The notes below the pieces were generated by a model. It had not been told where the DNA came from. It made no database searches and worked only from the letters and a program-made list of their open reading frames with translations. From Chrysomallon squamiferum (taxonomy: Eukaryota; Animalia; Mollusca), in assembly GCA_012295275.1 (NCBI GenBank), contig CM022673.1:22506001-22570000 (forward strand): a stretch of DNA of 64,000 nt. Reading direction: 5' to 3'. Position numbers and translations under genes: made by a program. Numbering within the stretch: the stretch's first letter is position 1; each line of letters starts with the position of its first letter. Positions 28,201 to 41,519 of the stretch are shown here, piece after piece.

Positions 28201-29755
28201 TTTTAACAAAAAAGTTTTACAACATATCATTATTGAATGACTGCTCCAAGTTTATTTTGTTAATTGATTTTGAATTGAGACTTAAAAGTTTTTAAACTTT
28301 GGACAGTAAATATATATATTTGTTATGATATACTCTTAACACAGTATACTGAAGATCTTGTTGTTTCTTTTAGATTTGCAATTGTATTTAGTAAATTAAC
28401 AAGAAAAACAATTGTACATATAGTTCTGATGATTGGTAATGTATGTTTGAGAGAACGTAAAAACAAAAAAAAAAACCCATCAGAGATTAATAAAAGGACC
28501 TCTGGGCAACTCAGTTAAAATATAGGTACAGAGGCAGAAAAAGCAGGAATTAATGTGAAAAGAAAAACAACTAAAGAGAAGAAAAGAAAGAAAATGCACA
28601 CACATCAAGAACAACTTAAGCATGCCTTCCAGATGTGCTCTGGTGGAACATTGCTGAACAAATATATTTATATCCATGACCAGGTTTAACAAACCTTTTT
28701 CTTTATTCTGGCTTCTGTTGATCACCTCAAACATTTGTACAAATTTATATGAACTGAAAAACACATGGTTTCCATTTATTTAATAGCTTCTCAGACTCCA
28801 CCCTTCCTATTGTTGATAATTATTGCACAGTTTTTTATTAATTGAATCATTGTTTGATGGCAATAGGGGAGCAGTAAAGATGTCACTAAGTAACAATTTA
28901 AAAACTAGTTGTAATAAAGACGATAGTGGTTATATTGGAAGTATTTTATTTATTTATTTACTTTTTTATATAGCAGAATTTATTGGGATTTGAGTTTCTT
29001 GCCATTTTATCTTTAAAAGAATAAATGGTAAAGAAAGTTCTGCAGCAAAGTATATTTTATATTTCAAAAATGTTAGAGAAAAATAAAAAAGACACATCAG
29101 AATTTTGCTATAAAACCATTTCGGACAAAAGTATTGATGTTGTCTGTAGTTCATCTAATTCTAGAAGCTTTATACAAATGCTGTACAATCTGTTTAAGGT
29201 ATTTTAAAGACAGGTTAACTGGAATTAATGAAATTGTGATGTAATAAACAGAATCTGGATCATCCAGGCATGCTTACTTTTTATTGTGGTGTTTTGCTTT
29301 TCCAAGGTAAACATGGTGTTTTCCAAGATTTTACAACAATAGAATCCAGAAATAACAAAGTGTTTGAGTTTATTAATTTTCTGGTCATAACAGATAAATC
29401 AGATGTTTGTTTGGCTGCACTCATACTTATTTACTTTCTGAAAACTCACAATTTTGTTTTCTTTTTAATTATGAAATTCTGGAAAATTTTATTCACATTT
29501 CAGGTTTCAACAAATAATGTAGAGCAGATGGAACTAAGAGTGTGGCATGCATGTAGGAAACAATTATGTTAGGAGTGCAGCCTGGCTGCTTACTTTACGT
29601 GTGTCAAGTTAAACTGAAATAACACCCACCTTTTATTCCTTAAGGTTTATTCTTCAACCCATGAACAGAGATGTTTAATGGGCAGTTAAAATGTTAAACA
29701 ACTACAAAACAAAACCAATCAGAGAAAAAATAAAAATAAAAATAAAAATAAATTA

Positions 29756-29787
<32 letters not shown>

Positions 29788-30196
29788 TAATAAAATAAAT
29801 AAATAAATAGAAAATCATCTGCAATCTATGAGCTAGATAATTAACAGGTGTGTCTTTAGTTATTTCTGTCTGACAGGCTGACATTGATTGGTCTAATAGA
29901 GATGTAATAAAAACTAAGTAATCTGCTCTGGGTAATAATTGCTTCCTTATGTTCTTCATTCTTATGTTTCATATTGCTCACATAATTATGTATCATAAGT
30001 GTACTGTTGGGTCTGTGTGTTTAATTAAAACATAATGTATCTCTTAAGTGTAGCACCAGTCAAACTGCATGAAACTTGCAGTTGTGCTTTAAAAGAATTT
30101 TGATTTATAGCAATTCATTTGGTTTATGTCTGAACTCCATGTGCATATCTCCAGATGGGAGTAAGCTTTAATATGTTCGTATCAGAGGTTTTATTA

Positions 30197-30244
<48 letters not shown>

Positions 30245-30361
30245 ATTATATATATACTACTGTATTTAAATGTTTATTTGTTTGATTTTTTTTACTAGTC
30301 TGGGAGCAGAAAGGCTTGACCCTACATTGTTGTATTAAGTTTTTTTTACTGTTGATTTAGG

Positions 30362-33052
30362 TAGCCAAGGGTCTCTATTTTCAGAAACTGCTTTATGACA
30401 GGCTGTTACCCTTGACCAATTTGAGAAATTCAAGATGGCATCCAAGATGGCCACCATTACATATAAAAGACCATAACCCCCTACCTGTTCATCATAAGAA
30501 GGTCATTTTTGTCTCTATACCTAGGTTTTAGGGGTCAAGCTATCCATTAGAACTAAGTATTATGTTACATAATGCTAATTTCCAAGATGGCTTCCATAAC
30601 ACTAAAACTGGCATATCTCCTTAAGTATTTACTCCAACTTAGTCTTGAAGGTGTCTGTCACTGGGTATTTTGGAGACACATCTATCTATATCAGAACAAA
30701 GTTCATATACTGATGACATCTAGAAATCCAAGATGGCTGCCCGTTTAGAAGCACTGGTATATCTTCTGTACTATTCAGTCAGGAAAAATATGCTGACATT
30801 CTGGTAAAACTTTTTTCCAGTGAGCATTTTCAATACACCGCCAAACACAGAGGACATTATATCTGACAGACTGGTATCAGCCATCAGTGTTCCGATAGAT
30901 CCATTGAAGCTCATTAGAGAGTGCATCCCTCCCAACGTAGAATAACATTTGAGAACCTTTCTGGATAAGTCCACTGAACTTCTAGAGGGACCCTGTACAG
31001 CTGCAGATCACAAGTAAAAACTACGAACTGTTGCCCGATATTGTATGTGTAGACCTGTTTAAAGGCCATTGATGTCATCGTAGTATTTGGGTGTGATGGG
31101 ATCATGTCTATTAAGGGAAGCTAAACAGCCTTCGTCTTTGGTTTTGCTGAATGACCCTGTCAATGTGAAGCTCCAGTATTGTACCCATTGTACTCAGGAC
31201 AATCTAGTGTGTTGTTCATGTCTTGAAGGAATGCGAAGTCCATCTCACTGGCTCTTCCCTTTGAAATTACTTTGTGCCAGCATACGCAGTGATTGAACTG
31301 ATCATTTGGGGGGGGGGTGTTCTATGGCATCGGAGGCTTCTTGGGACCATTATATCTCTGTCCCTATCTCGATGTCATACTTGAGTGGCTCAACCATGTC
31401 TTCCTTTTTCACAAGCCTAATGATGTCTTGGACTGTTTCACTACTGTTACTGTCTGGTTCTACGAGCAACATGGCATGGGAATGGGTGGATGACTTTCCA
31501 TTTGGAGATGATATGTCAGTATAAAATTGTCAACAATAACCTGAACCAAGCTTGAACTTGAGGTTGATAGATCTGGTAGTGAAGGTTCCATGGTTGAGGC
31601 TTTGGCAGCTGAATGTTTAAAACGCCGTACTTCATCGTAGGTACGTGTAACACCATACTTTTGTAACACTGATACATTTTTTTGATCTCCTCATCATGAT
31701 GCCAAGAGTAATTTGCAAACTAGTGGGATGTTTTTTATTCTGTCTAGGTTAGGAGACAGCTTCCCTAAAAGTTTCATCAAAGTGTCACTCACAGTCTCTG
31801 TACATTTCTGTCAGTTAACCCTAGTATCATAACAATCTTTATCTAATGTTATTACTTTGACCTCATTCCTGATGACTTTGCACAGTCTGTTGATTGTTAC
31901 ATCAATGTCATCATCCTTGTCTTGAACCAGTTGCATATATTTTGCAACTATTGATCACAAGCTAACAATGTTTGCTAACCATGGAGACTTTAAAGCCACC
32001 AACTCATCTCTGAAGCCTTTGGGACAATTAAATGAGGTCAGCATATCACCCTCATGTTCTTTGTATACTTCATGCAACTCAACTGAATTCAGGAAGCTGG
32101 ACGAGACTTTGATCATTACAACAAGTGATTCAAAGGCACGATCATTGTTAACTTGGCTATCAGACTTGGTTGCAGCTGACAGATAGCAATTTCAGCAATC
32201 CACATGATATCTTGCATCAGCTGCGTGAAGGTAACTTACAGCGATATCTACCCTTTGTCGCACAATGTCTGATAACTCATCTTAACGCCGTTCACAGGCT
32301 TCAAGAATAGTTTGCTTGAGTGACTTCTTGCCACCTGCGCCACCTATTTCCTAATATGAATATGCTGGTCGCCAATGTTTTGGGTTTTTTGGGATCTTTT
32401 TCAAGCACCCAAGTTTCACCACAAAACAAACAAAGTTCTTTGAAGATGAATCCTGGTAGTGATGAACGTCTCCTGGTCGTCTGTATAGACACAGAGAGAC
32501 TTGTGAAGTATACATCAGAATAGCAATTATAAAGCAGTAAACACTTTCTTTTAAACAGGTTTAGATTCTGCTATCTTTCATAAAGTCTCATATTTAATTT
32601 CATAACATGTTTGTACTTTCAGTTGCGTCTTGGACACACAGTAACTTTCTGGATTCTTCCTTTTGTGCCTTTCAACCTGGATGCTTGAAGTGTATGTTGA
32701 AGCACAGATTCTGTGACATTTAACTGTGCTTTCAGGATTTTCACTAACTTTTTATTCAAGAAGTTCATGATGCCTGTCCCTGTAGATTTTGCTATGCTTG
32801 ATAAAGTTTTGAATTCTGACAGGGCCAGTGTCTTTCAACAGTTTGGTCTTATTCTCATGTCCAAATTTGGACACGAAAAAGCACTGTTCTTCATTCATAT
32901 TTTACCATTAGTGATCGACATACGGGCAGCACCTGAAAAGACAATAGTGAATTATTAGTGCCCATCTATTACAATATTATATTAACATAATACTTAGTTC
33001 TAATGGATAACTTGACCCCTAAAACCTAGATAGAGAGAAAAAAATCACCTTC
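30362..33052 (-). mobile_element. Internally deleted Academ-like DNA transposon with decayed transposase
   Basis: A ~70-bp inverted repeat pairs 30499-30567 with 32983-33052, and the right end is truncated. The left end starts TAG, with repeated CAAGATGGC subterminal motifs. Minus-strand fragments read HRICASTYTS, FIFKELCLFCG, LHAADARYHVDC, YDEVRRFKHSAA, VQVIVDNF..DISSPNGKSSTH, VVFTCDLQLYRV, VILR-LGGMHSLMSF.GSIGTLM. The XPG and Cys8 parts are absent. Superfamily assigned from recalled motifs. Confidence 0.7.
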
Positions 33053-36000
33053 CTAAACTATAATGCACTAGAGAAAGCTTTTATAAAGTATATGTGTCTT
33101 TAGCTTATAGTTCTGAATTGAGACTGTCCTAAGACAATTTAGCTCATTAAGATGATTAACATATTTGTTACAGATAAAATTTACTGGTTTCACACACATC
33201 TAATTACATCTTGGTACTTACATTTATGTGGGTTTGATCTCAGAACCTTCTTGCAGTGTCTAAAAGCCATAACTGCTTTACCGTTCATGCTAGAATTATT
33301 CTTTACCACAAGTGCATGATAATGGCTATTGCAGTTCATTACTGCAAATGAGTTTCTGAAAATGAGTTTCTGCTTGTGACTATGAGTATGTTGGTAATGT
33401 GTTGTTATAATTGAGTTCTGTTTGTATTTGTCAGTGAGAACCTGCGTTTGAGTTGCAACATCCTTAGTTAATAAATCACTGTGGCAAACAATGTTATTAA
33501 CACACAAATTGGCAAGGAAATGTTTAGAAGGAAAAGAAAAGAAAAACATATCATGTATGTACTGTTCAGGTTTCGATTGTCTTTCTTTATTTGAAATATT
33601 ATCTTCAGTTTTTACTATTAAAAAAATGTTTATCACTGTTCATTGTCAGTAAATTTTACATTAATAATAAATGGAATTATGCCAAAAAAAATAGCATAAT
33701 TGATGCACAAAAGAAACAGTAGTTCCTGCAATTAGTGTAGGCTGGTATTTTTCATCAGCAGCTATTTTAACTATGATTTGCCAGTCTTTATAATTTTGTT
33801 CTGAATTTGCACCCGTAATCCATGCTGTTGTAGAACTTGTACACATACTGAAAATTTATTTTACATTGCTCAGAATGTTATGAAAGATTTACAGATAATT
33901 TGTTGATAAGTAAAAAAAAACAACTTTTGTATGGTTTAAGACATTATTGGAATAAATACATATGATTAACTGATTAAGTGACTTATGAATGGAATATATG
34001 ATAAAATTACAAAACAGAAATAGGATATGTTACTGATCTCAAAATTGAATGAAAGAACAAGGTATAGTGCAAAGACATCATTGTATAATTATAATAGAGA
34101 AAATTCATCAATGATATATAAAGATTTTGTGATAAGAATGGTGTAATTACAAATTAATCATATATTTTTGGATGACTATACATCATCGTTGATTGATATA
34201 ACTAGTGTACAAGAAGTTAACAAGCTGTACTAATAACTGTGACAAAGTAAATGAAGAAAACAGATGTAGAGATATTGGTTGTGATCTAATGGTAGCAGCA
34301 GTAACACCAGTGCCACTCAGTAACAATCAATATGGTCACAGGTGTTAATTGAGTTTGTTTGACGAACACAGTTGAAAACCAGATCTTATTATTAGTTATT
34401 GGAGAAACACATTACACTTTGCTTTAAGGGGCAGGTTTAATATAATAATCTATAATTATTATTCTGGGTGTATCAGAAAAACTTTTGTACTTGTAAGTGT
34501 ATGTAATTATACTGCATGCTTTTATGGTAAAGGTAAAGTTTCGTCATTCTGTGATATGCTTGCATACATATATGATTCATATGTCTGTGTGTACAAAATA
34601 AAATTATATTTTTATATTGTATATATTAAATGAATGATGTGTGGCCTCTGTACCCAACTAAAGGCATAAATAAACAGATGGAATTTATTAAAAATACCAC
34701 ACAGAGCTGTTGGCTGATAGGATTATTAAAAGATTTGTAAGTGAATAAAAACTTCCCTGCTGGTTAATGTCCAGGGATAGGTCTTACAAAGATTTATTGC
34801 AAATAGTTAAAAATAAACATTTAAATGATTATCAGAAGAGTATATAAATAAAATAAACAAGTTGTTTTTAATACCTTGTGCTCTTACAGAACAAAATTAT
34901 TTTCTTTAAAAAACATAAACAAACCACAACAAAACTAACTACAGATTAACAGATATGGAAGTCACTTTGTTTTCTGTTAAGACAGTAGTAAAAGTTCATT
35001 GTTTCACAGAATAGTACTTCAAAGGTATATTCCAGTGTGTATATGACTTAAACAAACCGACTATTTATATCTGATTAATGATAGCCTAGATTCATATCTC
35101 GTGTGTCTAAAATAAAAGTAATTCACAATACAAGGAAAAGGATATAAGGAATTAATTTGTTTAATGTATTTGGCGACGTCAAAAAATCTGATAGAATACC
35201 ATGACTTCCTATTTATTTTTGGAACTCAAGGTTTTCATATTTTACATGTGTGCGCATGCACACGTTGAGAAAATACATGCACATCAACATTTGCAAAATT
35301 ACAAGGTCTTTTTAAGTATGAAATCATTAATCCAACAAAAGATAAAATTGCTTTTTTTCCTTCCACTAGTTTTCCTCATTATACAGGAAATAGTTTTGAG
35401 TGTTTGTTAAATCTCTCTTTAAATATATCCCTTAAATCTAATGAATGAAAAATCAACTGGAAGTGAAAGTGGTACAATACAACAGGATGGATAAAAGTGA
35501 CTTCAGTGATGACTGCTACAAAACAGGTACAGATGAGAAACCATCATATTGATTGGGCCAACAATGAATCACAAATGCTTAATCAATAATGAGAAAGCAT
35601 CTTCTGAAGTTACGTTGTGTTGCATTTTAACTTGCAGACTTTTGCCACACTTGTTGAATGAGCATGTTGAACATGTCTTAATTAACTGGATCATCACTTT
35701 TCTCTCAGAAGTTTTAACAGGATAACAGTTTTCTTCTTGTTTTCATGTAATAGGATATTTGTTATGTTTTGCTATCAGGATATTACATACTAAAGTCTTG
35801 TCAAAGTACTGTGATATGTTTGTGTGATTTTTCATATTCAGGATCAATTGTCACTGTTATAGTGAATGTCAGTATTATGTTTAAAGTAATATAAATTTTC
35901 TTTGTACTGAACTGATTCAAATTTTTGAAAAAATAAAAGAATTAATGCATTTTAAAAAAGTAATTCACAATTGAGTAATAATGATTATAAAGTGATACAT

Positions 36001-36291
36001 GTTTATTTGCATGAACATATTGAATACCTGAAACAAAATTGTAAATCAAGCTGTCAGTAATTATGGAAATGTGTGTATTAGTAATAAGCCAATGTATTTT
36101 AATTTAATATTTGCTTTAGTTCAGCACACTGAGCATTGGATTTACATTCAATAGATTTAACAGTAAACAAAAGCAACAACAACAAAAAGAAACAAAGAAA
36201 CAGCACCCCCCCCCGCAATAAATTTCATAATCACAGGCCTGACTGGTAGACAGTGTAGTACAGAAAGTACTATCTGGGCTGATGACAAATA

Positions 36292-36454
36292 CTGTATAGA
36301 CACAGAGAGCCTTGTGAAGTATACATCAGAATAGCAATTATAAAGCAGTAAACACTTTACTTTTAAACAGGTTTAGATTCTGCTATCTTTCATAAAGTCT
36401 CATATTTAATTCCATAACATGTTTGTACTTTCAGTTGCGTCTTGGACACAGTAA
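36292..36454 (+). repeat. Near-identical direct copy of 32481-32644
   Basis: CTGTATAGACACAGAGAG(A/C)CTTGTGAAGTATACATCAGAATAGC...CAGTTGCGTCTTGGACACA is present at both loci with only a few differences. Confidence 0.95.
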
Positions 36455-38361
36455 ATACATAGATTCAAGAGAGAAATGACACACTACTGGTAGGCTATAT
36501 TTGGTAGCTTAAAATTCAGGCTTAAAGTTTTTTGAAGAGTTATTGTCAGGGTCTGAATTAGTACATTCTACAAGACTGACAGTATTTATACTGTTTTACT
36601 TTGTTATCATTGATTGCAAACAGAACAAACAGTGTTAAGTAAGTGCTAGACAGAAAAAAATAATTCATGAAGATGACTTTCTTTCACAGTAAAGGGAGTT
36701 AATTCCCTTGAGTATCATTTAGTTGGTTAATTTGAACTCACAGAAAGTATTGACCAATAATAAATGGATTTTTTTGCTTTTTCTTTGTCTTCTTTTTCTT
36801 TTATTTCTTTATTATCTTTTTTTTAATAAAATATGATTTAAAGACAAAAGAAGTTGAATCCAAATAATTAAAAAAGTCTTCTGTTAGGAAATGTGTTAAA
36901 CTAACATTTTGTGCTTATCTTGAGACTAATCATCCTCGTTTATCAAATAACTGTTTGGTTTCATTAGATGTTATATTCATTACAGGTTTGTTTTTGGAAG
37001 AAAAAAAATCAGACCAATAAAACCCCCTAAACAACGCTATAACTGGTATTATCTCAAATTAGTATTTTAATGTATTCATTAGTAATTCATATCATTCTTT
37101 TTTTTAATAGTTTTCTTTTCCTTTTAAGTTATATTTTTATATAGTGTTATTATTAAATTGTACAACTGCTTATATTGTTGGAACATGATGTTTTGAAAAT
37201 ATCACATGTCAATTCAGTTTATTATTTTTTTATTTTATTTTATTTTTTTATTTTTTTTGATCACTGATAAATCTACTGTGCTTATGCTAATGAAGACGTA
37301 CAACAACTGATCAGGAGATGTTTTTTTTGTTTTTATCACATTTTTGTGAGATGATACCAAAATGTCCATTGTTTTATGACTGCTTTTCAAACTTTCACTA
37401 TGCTTCAGAAAGTTATTAGTAATATATTAAATATCTGTTTTGTTACCATTTTCCTTTTCTATCTTGCTTAACATGAATTGGTCAGAAAACTAAATAATGT
37501 TTTTTGGTTTTAGTTTCTTAAGTAAAGTGTTAGATTTTGTTTTTGTCATTTCTTTCTTATTATTTTATTTTGTTATTTCTTTCTTATTGTTGTTATTTTA
37601 TTGACATAAACTTGACTGTCACGTCATTGTTCCTTTCAATACTAGAATTTCTTTATCCTGCCACTTACCCTTTACATAACAGACACTTGAAAGCACATCC
37701 TATAGACAGTGTCACCTTGTGTATTCTGTGAAACAGCTGTTGTCAGCTACAACCAGTGGGAAGTTCACTCTTTTTGGCATACTCAGCATTCTGAATAGAA
37801 ACTTCAAATAAATTCTCCCTTCTTTGTTTCCTGTCAAAGATGTAAAAGACTGGGAGGATAAAGTTTATGAATGAACAGGATTAAAATAAATATTACAAAA
37901 TGTGGCAAACAACAAAGTTGAAATTAAAGGATGAAATAACTGTCTTGTGCATAAAAATGGAAACACAGCCAGAGCTGATAAAATTAAAGGCAGAAAACAT
38001 ATCATTTGGTTCAGCAATAAATATAAGGGCATGTTAAATAATGATATGTGGAATGTGTGATAATCATTTCTATATAAAACTTATTCAATAACGGATAAAA
38101 TAGTGATATTTCTCATTCTGGAAGATTTCTTAAGAAGATAAAAAGCATATTTTAAATTAAAGTTAACTAAAGAAGATAAACATACATTATCAGTGTGTGG
38201 TTGATTAAAACTGTATATAGGATGTGCTTTCAAGTGAGTGTTATTTTTTTCTGCTCTAAATCTGTAGATTTGGTAACTGAAACAATAAGTTAACCTTTTT
38301 TCTTGTTATTCAATATAAATAGTATTTACTAACAATAATTATGCTATCATTATGTTGTAGG

Positions 38362-38469
38362 ATGGAAGATGATGACTATAGGACAGAAAGTGAATTTGAA
38401 GCAGACAGTGACCATGAAGAAGATGAACATGATGTTGGAGGTTGGCTTGGGCATTTCGAGTCAACAACA
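38362..38469 (+). CDS. RAPH1: MRL-family adaptor (RAPH1/lamellipodin, APBB1IP, pico/MIG-10) first coding exon: MEDDDYRTESEFEADSDHEEDEHDVGGWLGHFESTT
   Basis: Acceptor TGTAG at 38356-38360, ATG at 38362, phase-0 donor GTAAGC at 38470. The acidic 'EADSDHE...GGWLGHFE' recalls the RAPH1 N-terminus 'EEDSDKEDQDLDKMFGAWLGELD' (recognised from memory). It joins in frame to the exon at 63173. Confidence 0.65.
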
Positions 38470-39956
38470 GTAAGCTATTTTATTTTTGTCTCATGTATAA
38501 GTTTCATTTATATTAAACGCTGGAAAGAAAATTACAGCTATAGACTGAAACTGGATTCTGCTTTCTGGCATGTTATTAATAAAATTATATTTTTGAAGGA
38601 AATAATGAACAAATAGAAGATGGTAATTAGTTTTCTCTGACTTTATCTGTCAGAAAGTTTAAAAAGCTGTTGAACAAATACAGCAATTCCCAGATAGTCT
38701 ATTTGTCACAATTTTTCATACCATTTGATTACAATTTTTTTAATCTTGATACTGTGGTGATACTAATTTAGACTGAAATCATTAACTAGAATTCTGTGTA
38801 AACATTTCCTTTGTTTAAATCAGAGGTGTCAACTTCGTATTCATTTCAGCACGATGTATTTTATCATAGAATTGACAAACATTTTTATGAAAATAAATTA
38901 AAAAGAGATGAAACTAGTGAGTTATCTCCCTTGCATTACTTTCTTAAATTGCTCAGTAATTCATTCCAAATAATTTTTTTTTCCATTTATATTCTTTTAA
39001 ACATGAAGTGTTAGAGGCATAAAAAAATAATAAGATATCTGTATTAATCAGTATTACTCAGATCATACTTTGCTATAGTCATATTGTTCCAAATTTATAT
39101 TTCTTTGTAAAATGATCTTAAAATATTGATTATTATGAAATGTGAAGCAGAATGTTCTTATGGTTTTGTTCAAGAACTAAAACAGTATACCTGTGTCCTT
39201 TTCTAAAAGTACAAATCCTCCCCCCAAAAAAACACTTTTGACTTTAGGATGTAATTATTTAAATTTACTGGTATTAGTTTTGACTGGAAATACTGTGAGA
39301 AATGATCTCTGTTAATATTAATTTTCAAATGTACATATTTAAAACACTGACAACAACAACTACAAAAAGGAACCTTCAATTCAGAATTCTTCATATTTTA
39401 ACATTACTCGAAAACAAATATTGCTTTCATTCAATTAGATTCATTGAGTTTTGCTTGTATTGTTATATAATTAGTTAAGAATGTTTGAAGTAGTTGTTCT
39501 GACAAACTGTTATCTCATAGATGTAATGAATTTTATGATGATTTAAAACATATTTTCCTAAATGTTTGAGTTCTGATATCATTCTGTTTGTATAATGTTC
39601 TAGATATACATTCCTGTTTAAATATCAAGTAGAACTGATCTGAATGTGCATTTCTTTCAGTGTAATGAATTTCATTATTTTTCTGCATCACACAGTTGTT
39701 GTTTCATTGCATGTCTCTAATATTACAATAATATAATATATAATGTTATAATAATGAGACAAACATTTTCAACTATGAAAGGGTGAAACTTAGCAGAATA
39801 TAAAAATCTAAATTTATTAGATTAGCTTTGATGTTTGAAATCATATTTCAAAATATTCATAATTTTTGAAAATAGATTGTTTTAGAGTTAACATTTTTTT
39901 CTTCTAAATATACTCTTGCTAGAAAGAATATGTTGTTCATTAAAATAAAATATAAC

Positions 39957-40047
39957 AAATAATGTATATTATAAAACAAAAAATAATGTATATTATAAAA
40001 AAAAAAAAAATGTATATTATAAAACAAAAAAATAATGTATATTATAA
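39957..40047. repeat. Minisatellite, about 4 copies of a ~24-bp unit (AATAATGTATATTATAAAACAAAA)
   Basis: Directly visible tandem copies with variable A-run. Confidence 0.85.
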
Positions 40048-41519
40048 GAATACTATTTAACTATATCTGAAACAGTGTTACAATTAACAAGGCCAGATTT
40101 TTTAAAATCTGTAACAAAGATTACAGTATCATACATTTTAGAATGTTTAAATACTTTTTAAAAAATATTTGTTTTTACCAACATAAATGAAATGGATATT
40201 TTTGGCAGTAACAGATGTAGAGTTTCCAGAACTGAATAATGAGCATATCACTGGTATAAGCTTTATGCAGCTGTTACTATTTCTTTCAAAATACTGTTGA
40301 AACAGTTACATTTGGTTCAAGATTAAAGAAATTATAAGAAAACAAATGAAAAGAATTTCATAAAACTAAAGTACAAACAAATATAATTAAATTAGTATAA
40401 AATGTGAATACAGATATTTCATGCAGTAGGTAAATATCTTTGTAAAAACTGTATGTTGTTGTGGTGATACTTTCTTAAAACATGATCTTTTCTGGATGTA
40501 TGGTTGCAGTTTTTCAAAGGCAAAATGGCCTTGCCACAAAATCAATAATATTTAAAGAAACTGTAACCCTTTTCTTTGGTAAACTTCTCAAGGGAAATAT
40601 CTGACCTTCGTGACTTGAGAAACAAATAACCTTACTAACACATGAACTAAATAACTAAAATTACTTTTTGTTGTTAAGGTTATTAACTGAAGATGTCCTC
40701 TTTTTGCTGTATTTTATTACTGCTATTACAGTAAACTTTTTCTTTGTACACAGTTCCATTGATGTTCAGTGTACAGACATTATTAGACAAATAGTAATGA
40801 TGTAAATCCTAATTCTATCAGCAAATGTTTTTCTTCTAATAAATATAGTTTGCTATTACTTTGATAAATGATAATCTGAGAGTTTTCTTATTGATAACGT
40901 CTTAGACTTGTGCATTTTTTTGTGTGTGTGTTGTTGTTTTTGTTTTGTTTTTTAATTGATAAATGTATTAGTTGATGGAACAAAAAAGATAAGTTATTAT
41001 TTTGAAAAAGATGGATATGTAAATTATTCTAGAAGATACTCTTTGACATTTTAGATTTGATATCAGTTATGTTTTTCTGTTCAAATTCAAGATATCTTTG
41101 ATGTTTCATAATATAAATATAAAATTAAAAAAAAGAAGAAATTTTTGACTCATAGTAACAATTAAAAATAAAACATAGTAATCTCTATAATCTCTTCAGA
41201 TGTCAGTTCTCCATTTTTCCATTAAATTTGTATAAAATCCTTCTTTTTTTTGTATTCATTGAGAATTTATGTCAGATTCATCAACTAATCAAAGATTTAG
41301 GTTTTTTTTATGACATTTCATAAATGGGATATTTCAATATATCTGTTTTCTCTTAGTTACAAGTTTATTTAATAACGTTTATCTATAGGACAATATTTTC
41401 AGATGCATCAGACCATACATAACAAATTGTAATATTGCAGTAATGATAATACATTTTTATACTTTTATTTTAGGTTGATAATTGTGTGCTACTTTGGTGT
41501 GTGATCTATGCATCATGAA

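Noticed and set aside
33190-33636. 148-aa minus-strand ORF
   Set aside because: Non-ATG start, no recognisable motif, composition like the surrounding intron; considered spurious, as are most 60-100-aa ORFs and microsatellite-derived ORFs in the track.
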